Shown here: positions 1-18,200 of the stretch, in pieces
Layout: every line of letters starts with the position of its first letter
Numbering within the stretch: position 1 is the stretch's first letter
From: the human T2T-CHM13v2.0 reference genome, Homo sapiens
Length of the DNA: 64,000 bases
Strand: one strand, 5' to 3'
NCBI RefSeq assembly: GCF_009914755.1
Contig: NC_060925.1
The notes under the pieces: model-generated
The model's input: the letters and a program-made list of their open reading frames with translations, nothing else
What the model was told of the DNA's origin: nothing
Databases searched by the model: none
Program-made: the position numbers and the translations under genes

Positions 1-369
1 TCTCGGTTAACAGTGCAGAGGTATGTCAAAATGCCCCTGTATGCAGAGCCTACACAAGTGTTACATCACTTAGGTTATCAGTGCAGAGATATGTCACAAT
101 ACCCCCTGTAAGCAGAGCCTAGACAAAAGTTACATCACCTGGGTGATCAGTGCAGAGATATGTGACAAGGCCCCTTTAAACAGAGCCTAGACAATTGTTA
201 CATCACTTGAGTGATTAGTGCAGAGATCTGTCACAATGCCCCTTTAGGCAGAGCTGAGACCAGAGTTACATCACCTGGGTGGTCAGTGCAGAGATATGTC
301 ACAAAGCCCTTGTAGGCAGAGCCTAGACAAGTGTTACATCACTTTGTTGATCAGTTCAGAGATGTGTCA
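1..369 (+). repeat. Beta satellite (68-bp Sau3A, BSR) array
   Basis: Tandem ~68-bp monomers of the form gatcagtgcagagatatgtcacaatgcccctgtaggcagagcctagacaagagttacatcacctgggt. Confidence 0.95.
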
Positions 370-975
370 TGCTGAATGTTGCTCCCGGAGCTCTGTGGGC
401 ACCCGGAAACATGCAGGGAAGGGTGGAAGACCGGTATGGTGCCTTCGCTCTCCTTGCCAGTTTCCAAACCGGCCATACTGCAGACTCCCCATTTTGCCGC
501 AAACGGGAATCCATCGTGAGGCCATCACGCCGGGGTGGCAACTTCTCTCTGGGGTCTCGCTCTGGTCTCCTACGTGGAAACGAACGAGAGCCACAGGTCT
601 GCGTGTGTGAGACTTTCCAGGCAACAGCAACACCCACAGGCACTGCCTCCTTCACGGAGAGTGGGCCTGGAACCCTCAAGACTCCCACGGAGGTTCAGTT
701 CCACACTCCCCACCACCCTCCCAGGCCAGTTTCTCCCTGCTGTAGATGCGTGGGAGCCCAGAGAGTGGCTTCCAGTTCCCGAGGGATTGCTGGAGAGGTC
801 CAGAGAGCCAGCCCCCAAAAAGCGCCCCCCTCACCCCTTTCCCCTCGCCCCCTTCCTGTTCGTGCCTCTGTCCCCACCACCACCATCACCACGCCCTCCC
901 CCCAACCCCACCACCCCCCGGCCGCAGGCCTCGACATCCTGGGACCCTTGCGGGGTGGGGCAGGCTGTCCCAGGG

Positions 976-2768
<1,793 letters not shown>

Positions 2769-2989
2769 TGACCAACCCATACCCTCCCCCATCGGCACCC
2801 ACGTAAAATGCATCCTCCCCTGGGCTACTTGGAGACCCCCGTCCCGCAAAACACCGGGCACTTGCAGCGTCCAGGTCTGACACCCTTCCGGCGGCTCGCC
2901 TCCTCTGCGCCACCGCGCCACCATCGCCGGCCCGCCCGTGACCCTGCAGTTTCCCAGCTGCCACCATGGAGGGCCTGGCGGCGGAACGC

Positions 2990-3138
2990 AGACCTCTAGC
3001 TCTCTTTGCGGGACTCCTGGCTAGACCTGCGCTTATTGCGCACACCTGCTGACGTGCAAGGGAGCCCGCTGGCCTTTCTGTGCCCTTGTCTGTCTGTGAA
3101 ATTCCAGCTGAGGCTCTCCCAACACCTTCCGACACTCT
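2990..3138 (+). other. pLAM / DUX4 exon-3-like segment
   Basis: ctcctggctag|acctgcgc splice acceptor (AG 3023-3024), then gctgacgtgcaagggagcccgctggcct...gtgaaattc...accttccgac, as recalled for 4qA pLAM. Confidence 0.8.
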
Positions 3139-5440
3139 GAAGATTTGCATCATTTGGGTGATCAGCGCAGAGATATATCACAATGTCCCCTGTACAAAAA
3201 TCCTGGAAATGATTTACGTCACCTCGGTGATCAGTGCATAGGTATGTCAGAAATCCCCAGTAGGCTGATCCTAGACAAGGGTTACATCACTTACGTGATC
3301 AGTTTAGAGATATGTGAAATTTCCCTTGTAGACAGAGCTTAGACAGCTGTTACATCACCTAGTGATCAGTGCAGGGAATAGTTATAAAGCCTCCCATAGG
3401 CAGAGTGTAGAAAAGTGTTTCCTCCCTGGGGTGATCAGTGCAGAGATGTGTCACAAAGCCCCTGTAAGCAGAACTTTGACAAGGGTTACATCACCTGTTT
3501 GATCAGTGGAAATGTATATCACAAAGCCCCCTGTAGGCAAAGCCCAGACAATTGTTACATCACCTGAGTGAGCAGTGGAGAGATCTGTCACAATGCCCCT
3601 GTAGACAGAGCTTAGACAAGGGTTACACCACCTGGGTGATCAGTGCAGAGATATGTCAAAAGGCTCCTCTGGGCTGAACCTAGACAGGAGTTACATCACC
3701 CAGATGATCAGTGCAGAGATATGTGAGAATTCCAGTGTAGGCAGAGCCTAGACAAGTGTTATATCACCTTGGTTATCAGTGCAGGTATAAGTCATAAAGC
3801 CTCCTATAGGCAGAGCGTAGCAAGAGTTCCCTCCCCAGGGTGATCAGTGCAGAGAAGTGTCACAAAGACCCTGTAGGCAGAGCCTAGACAAGAGTTTCAT
3901 CACTTGGTTGATCAGTTCAGAGATGTGTCACAATGTCCATGTAGGCAGATTTAAGACAAGTGTCCATAATATGGGTGATCTGAGCAGAGATATGTACCAA
4001 TGTCCCCTGCAGGCAGTGCCTAGACAAGAGTTGCATAACCTCAGAGATCAGGGCATAGATATGTCACAAAGCCTCTATAGGCAAAGCTCATACAAGACTT
4101 ACATCACCTAGGTTATCAGTGCAGTGATATGTCACAAAAATCCCTGTAGACAGAGCCTAGAATAGAGTTACATCACCTGGGTGATCGGGGCAGATATTTG
4201 ACAGAATGCCCCCATAGACAGAGCCTAGACAAGACTTCCATCACCTGGGTGATCAGTGCAGAGATATTTCACAATGCCTTCTGTAGGCAGAGAGTGGAAA
4301 AGAGTTACATAACCTAGGTGATCTGTGCAGAGCTATGTCAAAACGCCCCTGTAGGCATAGCCTAGATACATGTTACATCACCTGGGTGATCAGTGCAGAG
4401 ATACGTCAGAATACACTCTGTAGGTGGAGCCTAGACAAGAGTTACATCATCTGGGTGATCAGTGCAGAGATATGTCACAAAGTCCCTGTAAGCGGAGCCT
4501 AAACAAGGGTTACATCACCTGGGTGATCAGTGCAGAAATATGTCACAAAGCCCCTGTAGGCCGAGCCTAGACAAGAGTTACATCACGTGGGTGATCAGTG
4601 CAGAGATATCTCACAATATCCCCTGTAAGCAGATACTAGACAAGAGTTACATCACGTGGGTGATCAGTGCAGAGATGTGTCATAAATCCTACTGTAGGCA
4701 AAGCCTAGACAATTTTACCTCACCTCAGCGATCAGTGCAGAGATATGTCCCAGTGTCCCTCTTGGCAGAGCTTAGACAAGAGTCACATCTCCTGCGTGAT
4801 CAGTGCAGAGATAAGTCACAATGCCCCTATAGGCAGGCCTAGACAACAGTTATATAACCCGGGTGATCATCAGTGCAGAGAAATGTCCCAGTGTCCCTCT
4901 TGGCAGAGCTTAGACAAGAGTCACATCTCCTGCGTGATCAGTGCAGAGATAAGTCACAATGCCCCCATAGGCAGGCCTAGACAACAGTTATATAACCCGG
5001 GTGATCATCAGTGCAGAGATATGTCACTGTGACCCCATAGGCAGATCCAAGACAAGAGTCCATCACCTGGGTGATCATTGCAGAAATATGCCACAATGCC
5101 ACCAGTAGGCAGATATAGACAAGAGTTACATCACTGCAGAGATATGTCACAATGCCCCTGTAGGCAGAGCCTAAAAAACTGTCCCATCACCTGGGAGATC
5201 ATTGCTGAGTTATGTCACAATGCCCCCTTCTTGCAGAGCCTAGACAAGGGTTACGTCACCTGGGGGATCAGTGCAGAGATGTGTCACAAGACCCCTGTAG
5301 CCAGAGCCTAGACAAGTGTTACATCAGGTGTGTGATCAGTGCAGTGACATGTCACAGTGCCCCTGTAGCCATATCCTTGACAAAAGTGACATCACCTGGG
5401 TGATCAGTGCGCAGATATGTCACAATGTCTCCAGTAGGCA
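3139..5440 (+). repeat. Beta satellite array
   Basis: ~68-bp monomers in + orientation, ending at the inversion junction. Confidence 0.95.
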
Positions 5441-5820
5441 CTGATCACCCCAAGGAGGAAACACTTTTCTACCCTCTGCCTACAGGAGGCTTTACGACTT
5501 ATCCCTGCACTGATCACTAGGTGATGTAACTCTTGTCTAGGCTCTGTCTACACGGGAATTTTCACATATCTCTACACTGTTCACCTAAGTGATGTAACCC
5601 TTGTCTAGGTTCAGCCTACTGGGGATTTCTGACATACCTATGCACTGATCACCGAGGTGACATAAATCATTTCCAGGCTTTTTTTGCAGGTGACATTGTG
5701 AAATATCTCTGCACTGATCACCCAAATGATGCAAATCTTCTCTGGACTCTGCAGGGAGGGGTCATTGTGACATATTTCTGAACTGATCATCCAGGAGATG
5801 TAACTATTCTGCAGGCTGTG
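5441..5820 (-). repeat. Beta satellite array (3' flank of unit 2)
   Basis: Reverse-complement monomers ctgcactgatcacc...gtgatgtaactcttgtctaggctctg. Confidence 0.93.
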
Positions 5821-8598
<2,778 letters not shown>

Positions 8599-11500
8599 TG
8601 ACACATCTCTGAACTGATCAACAAAGTGATGTAACTCTTGTCTAGGCTCTGCCTACAGGGGCTTTGTGATATATCTCTGCACTGATCACCCAGGTGATGG
8701 GACTTTTGTCTAGGCTCTGCCTATGGGGGCTTTTTGACATATCTCTACACTGATCATCCAGGTGATGTAACTCTTGTGTTGGATCTGCCTATGGGGTCAT
8801 TGTGACATATTTCTGCACTGATCACCCAGGTGATGCGACTCTTGTCTAGGCTCTATGTATGGGGGCTTTGTGACATATCTCTGCACTGATCACCCAGGTG
8901 ATGGAATTCTTGTCTAGGATCTGTATTTGGGGGCATTGTGTCAAATATCTGCACTGATCACCCAGGTGATGTAACTCTTTTCTAGGCTCTGTCTACAGGG
9001 ATTTTTGTGACATACCACTGCAGTGATCACCTAGCTGATGTAAGTCTTGTATGAGCTTTGCTTACAGAAGGATTTGTGACATATCTATGTACTGATCTCT
9101 GAGGTGATGCAACTCTTGTCTAGGCACTGCCTACAGGGGACATTGGTACATATCTCTACACTGATCACCCAGTTGATGGACTCTTGTCTTAGATCTGCCT
9201 ACATGGACATTGTGACACATCTCTGAACTGATCAACCAAGTGATGAAACCCTTGTCTAGCCTCTGCCTACAGGGGCTATGTGACACATCACTGCTTTGAT
9301 CACCCTGCGGCGGGAACTCTTGTCTACGCTCTGCCAATAGGAGTTTTATGACTTATACCTGCACTGATAACCTAGGTGAAGTAACACTTGTCTAGGCCCT
9401 GTTTACACGGAAATTCTCACATATCTCTGCACTGATCACCCAGGTGAAGTAACTCCTGTCTAGGTTCAGCCTATAGGACCGTTTTGACATACCTCTGTGC
9501 TGATCACTGAGGTGATGTTACCCTTGTCGAAGCTCTGCCTACAGGGGCATTGTGACAGATCTCTCCACTGCTCACCCAGGTGATGTAACAATTGTCAGGG
9601 CTTTGCCTACAAGGGACTTTGTGATATACATTTCCACTGATCAAACAGGTGATGTAACCCTTGTGAAGGTTCTGTTTACAGGGGCTTTGTGACATATCTC
9701 TGCACTGATCACCCCAGGGAGGAAACAATTTTCTACACTCTACCTACAGGAGGCTTTACAACTCTTGTCTATGCTCTGCATACGTGGGCATTGTGACTTA
9801 TCTCTGCACTGATCACCCAAGACACGTGACACTTGTCTGAGCTCTGCCTAGAGGTACATCAGGACATATCTCTGAACTGATCGCTGAGGTGATGTAAAAT
9901 TGTCTAGGCTTGCCTAGGCTTGCCTACAGTGGGATTTATGACGTATCTCTGCACTAATCAGCCAGGTGATGTAACTCTTTTCTAGGCTCTGCTTACAGGA
10001 GGTATTGTGAGATATCTCTGCACTGATCACCCAGGTGATGTAACTGTTGTCTGGGCTCTGCCTACAGAGGTATTTTAACATATCACTGCACTGATGACCG
10101 AGATGATGTAACTCTTCTATAGGCTTTGCCGACAGGGGGCATTGAGATATATCTCTGAACTGATCAACGAGGTGATGCAACTCTTTCTGGGATCTGCTTA
10201 CAGGGGTCATTGTGACACATCTCTGCCCTGATCACCCAGGTGATGCGACTCTTGTCTAGGCTCTATGTATGGGGGCTTTGTGACATATCTCTGCACTGAT
10301 CACCCAGGTGATGTAACGCTTGACTAGGCTCTGCCTACGGGGCATAGTGACATATAACTGCATTGATCACGAAGGTGATGTAACTCTTGTCCAAGCTCTG
10401 CCTATAGGGGGCCTTGTGACATATCTCTGCACTGATCATCTCAGTGATGTAACTCTTGCTTATGCTCTGCCTGCAGGTCAGAGATATTATTGAATATCTC
10501 TGCACTGATCACCCAGGTGATAGGAGTCTTCTTAAGGCTCTGCCTACAGGGGGCATGGTCACATATTTCTGCACTGATCACCCAAGTGACGGACTCTTGT
10601 CTTGAATTTACCTACGGGGGCATTGTGAAATATCTCTGCACTGATCACCCAGGTGATGTAACTCTGGTCTAAGCTCTGCCTAAAGGGGCATTGCGACAGA
10701 TCTCTGCACTGATCACTCAGGTGATGTAACTATTGTCTACGCTCTGCTTAAAGGAACCTTGTCACACATCTCTGTTCTGATCACCCAGGTGATGCAACTC
10801 TTGTCTAGGCTCTGCTAACAGGGGGTATTGTGACATATCTCTGCACTGATAACCTAAGTGATGTAACACTTTTGTAGGCTCTGCCTACAGGGGCATTTTG
10901 ACATATCTCTGCAATGTTAACTGAGGTGATGTAACTCTTGTGTAGGCTATGCCCACAGGGGGATTGAGACATATCACTGCAGTGATCCCTAGGTGATCCA
11001 ACTCTTGCCTGGTCTGTGTCTACTGGGAACATTGTGACATATCTCTGCACTGACCTCCCAGGTGCTGTAACTTTAGTCTAGGCTCTGGCTACAGGGCATT
11101 GTGACATATCACTGCACTGATCACCCAGGTTATATAACTCTTGTTTAGGCTCTGCCTACAGGGGGCTTGTGACATATCTCTGTACTGATCACCCAGATGA
11201 TATAACTCTTCTCTAGGATCTGCCTACAGGGTGCTTTGTGACATATCACTGCAATGATCACCCAGGTGATATACCACTTGTTAAGGTTCTGCCTACAGGG
11301 GCATTGCGATGTATATATGCACTGATCGCCTAGGTCATGTAACTCTTATCTAGGCTCTGTCTCCAGTGGCATTATGACATATCTCTGCACTGATCACCCA
11401 GGTGATGTAACTCTTTTCTAGGATCTGCCTACAGGGTGCTTTGTGACATTTCCCTGCAATGATCACCCAGGTGATATACCAATTGTCAAGGCTCTGCTAC

Positions 11501-12514
11501 AGGGGCATTGCGATGTATCTCTGCACTGATCACCTAAGTCATGTAACTCTTGTCTAGGCTCTGCCTACAGTGGCATTGTGACATATCTCTGCACTGATCA
11601 CCCAGGTGATGGACTCTTGTGTTAGATCTGCCTACATGGAAATTGTGACACATCTCTGAACTGATCAACCAAGTGATGAAACTCTTGTCTAGGCTCTGCC
11701 TACAGGGGCTTTGTGACACATCTCTGGACTGATCACCCTGGGAAGGAAACTCTTTTCTACGCTCTGCCTACAGGGGGCTTTATGACTTATACCTGCACTG
11801 ATAACCTAGGTGATGTAACACTTGTCCAGGCTCTGCCTACACGGGAATTCTCACATATCTATGCACTGATCACCCAGGTGGTGTAACTCCTGTCTAGGTT
11901 CAGACTACAGGAGCGTTTTGACATATCTCTACACTGATCACCCAGGTGATGTAACCCTTGTCTAAGCTCTGCCTACTGGGGCATTGTGACAGATCTCTCC
12001 ACTGCTCACTCAGGTGATGTAACAATTGTCTGGGCTTTGCCTTCAGGGGGCTTTGTGATATACATTTCTACTGATCTAACAGGTGATGTAACCCTTGTCA
12101 AGGTTCTGCTTACAGGGGCTTTGAGACATATCACTACACTGATCACCACAGGGAGGAAACAGTTGTCTACACTCTGCCTACAGGAAGCTTTAAGACTTAT
12201 CCCTGCACTGATCACTATGTGATGTAACACTTGTCTAGGCTCTGTCTGCACGGGAATTTTCACATATCTCTACACTGATCACCTAAGTGATGCAACACTT
12301 GTCTAGGTTCAGCCTACTGGGGATTTCTGACATACCTATGCACTGATCACCGAGGTGATGTAAATCATTTCCAGGCTTTTTGTACAGGGGACATTGTGAT
12401 ATATCTCTGCACTGATCACCCAAATGATGCAAATCTTCTCTAGACTCTGCAGGGAGGGAGCATTGTGACAAATTTCTGAAACGATCATCCAGGAGATGTA
12501 ACTATTTTCCAGGC
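8599..12514 (-). repeat. Beta satellite array
   Basis: ~68-bp monomers, minus orientation. Confidence 0.95.
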
Positions 12515-15289
<2,775 letters not shown>

Positions 15290-18200
15290 TGACACATCTC
15301 TGAACTGATCAACAAAGTGATGTAACACTTGTCTAGGCTCTGCCTACAAGGGCTTTGTGACATATCTCTGCACTGATCACCCAGGTGATGGGACTTTTGT
15401 GTAGTCTCTGCCTATGGGGGCATTGTGACATATCTCTACACTGATCACCCAGGTGATGTAACTCTTGTGTTGGATCTGCCTATGGGGGCATTGTGACATA
15501 TTTCTGCACTGATCACCCAAGTGATGAGACACTTTTCTAGGCTCTGTGTATGGGGGCTTTGTGGCATAGCTCTGCACTGATCACCCAGGTGATGTAACGC
15601 TTGACTAGGCTCTGCCTACAGGATACAGTGACATATCACCGCTTTAATCACCGAGGTGATGTAACTCTTGTCCAGGCTCTGCCTATAGGGGGCCTTGTGA
15701 CATAACTCTGCACTGATCATCTACGTGATGGGACCCTTCTCTAGGCTCTGCTTACTGGGGTCATTGTCATAAATTTCTGCACTGATCACTCAGGTGATGA
15801 AATCATGTCTTGGATTTGCCTATGGGGGCTCTGTGACATATCTCTGCACTGATCATCCAGGTGATGTAACTCTGGGTTAAGCTCTGCCTTAAGGGGCATT
15901 GTGACAGATCTCTGCACTGATCACTCAGGTGATGTGACAATTGTCTAGGCTCTGCTTAAAGGGGAATGGTCACATATCTCTGCATTGATCACCCTGGTGA
16001 TCTAACTCTGGTCTGGCTCTGCTTACAGGGGGTACTGTGACATATCTCTGCACTGATCACCTAAGTGATGTAACAATTTTGTAGGCTCTGCCTACAGGGG
16101 CAATTTGACATATCTCTGCACTGTTAACCGAGGTGATGTAACTGTTGTCAAGGCTGTGCCCACAGGGGAATTGAGACATATCTCTGCACTGATCCCGAGG
16201 TGATCCAACTCTTGCCTGGTCTCTGCCTACTGGGGACATTGTGACATATCTCTGCACTGATCTCCCAGGTGCTGTAACTTTAGTCTAGGCTCTGGCTACA
16301 CGGCATTTTGACATTTCACTGCACTGATCACCCAGGTGATATAACTCTTGTCTAGGCTCTGCCTACAGGGGTCTTGTGACATATCTCTGCACTGATCACC
16401 CAGGTGATATAACTCTTCTCTAGGATCTGCCTACAGGGTGCTTTGTGACATATCCCTGCAATGATTAACCAGGTGATATACCACTTGCCAAGGCTCTGCC
16501 TACAGAGGCATTGCGATGTATCTCTGCACTGATCACCTAGGTCATGTAACACTTGTCTAGGCTCTGCCTACATTGACATTGTGACATATCTTTGCAGTGA
16601 TCACCCAGAAGATGTAACTGTTTTCTAGGATCTGCCTACAGGGTGCTTTGTGACATATCCCTGCAATGATCACCCAGGTGATGTACCACTTGTCAAGGCT
16701 CTGCCTACAAGGACATTGCGATGTATCTCTGCACTGATCACCTAGGTCATGTAACAGTTTTCTAGGCTCTGGGTTGAGTGGCATTGTGACATATCTCTGC
16801 ACTGATCATCCAAGTGATTTAACTCTTGTCTAGGATCTGCCTAAAGGGACTTTGTGACATAACTCTACAGTGATCATCCAGGTAAAGAGGTTTTTGTGTA
16901 GGCTCTGCCTAAGGGGGCATTGTGACATGTTTCGGCACTGATCTCCCAGGTGACGGACTCTTGTCTTGGATCTGCCTATGGGGGCATTGTGACATGTCTC
17001 TGCACTGATCACCCAGGTGATGTAACGGTTGTATAAGCTCTGCCGACAGGGGAATTGTGAGAGATCTCGCCACTGATCACCGAAGTGATGTAACTATTGT
17101 CTAGGCTTTGCCTACCGGGGGCTTATTGACATACCTTTGCACTGATCACCAAGGTGATGTAACTCATCTAAGTTCTGCCTACAGGAGCTTTGTGACATAT
17201 CTCTGCACTGATCACTTATGTAATGTAACACTTTTGTAAGCACTGCCTACAGAGAATTTTGACAACTCTTTGCACTGATCACCTAGGTGATGTAACTCTT
17301 GTCTACCCTCTGCCCAAAGGGGGCATTGTGAAATATATCTGCACTGATCACCCAGGTGACTCAAATCTTGTCTAGGATCTGCCTATAGGGGGTATTGTGA
17401 AATATCTCTGCACTGATCAGCTAGGTGATGTAACTTTGTCTAGGCTCTGCCTACAGGAGCGTTTTCCCATATCCATGAACTGATGACAAAGGTGATGTAA
17501 CTCTTGCCTAGGCTTTGCCTACAGGGGACATTGTGACATATATCTGCACTAATCACCCAGGTGATGCAACTCTTCTCTATGCTCTGCCTACAGGGGACAT
17601 AGTGACATATCTCTGCACTGATCACCCAGGTGATGTAACCCTTTTCAAGTCTCTGCCTACAGAGGGCGTTGTGACATCACTCTGCACGGATCACCCGGGT
17701 TATGTAAGTGTTGTCTAGGCTCTGCCTATGGGGGCTTTGTGATTTAACTCTGCACTGATTACCCAGGAGATGTGACTCTTTCCTAAGCTCTGCCTAGAGG
17801 AACATTGGGACATATCTCTGCACTGATCGCTGAGGTGATGTAAAATGTCTAGGCTTTTCCTACAGTGGGATTTATGACATATCTCTGCACTGATCACCCA
17901 GGTGTTGTAAGTCTTGTCTAGCCTCTGCTTACAGGGGGTATTGTGAGATATCTCTTCATTGATCACCGAGGTGATGTATCTCTTGTCTAGGCTCTGCCTA
18001 CTGGAGACATTGTGACATATCTCCGCACTGATCACCCAGGTGATGTCACTTTTGTCAAGGATATGGCTACAGGGACATTGTGACATGTCACTGCACTGAT
18101 CACACAGCTGGTGTAACACTTGTTTAGGCTCTGGGTATAGGGGGCTAGTGATACATCTCTGCAGTGATCACCCAGGTGATGTAACCCTTGTCTAGGCTCT

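Noticed and set aside
8599-12514. CRISPR-like appearance (partly palindromic regular repeat)
   Set aside because: The whole monomer is repeated with no unique spacers or cas genes, and the context is primate satellite
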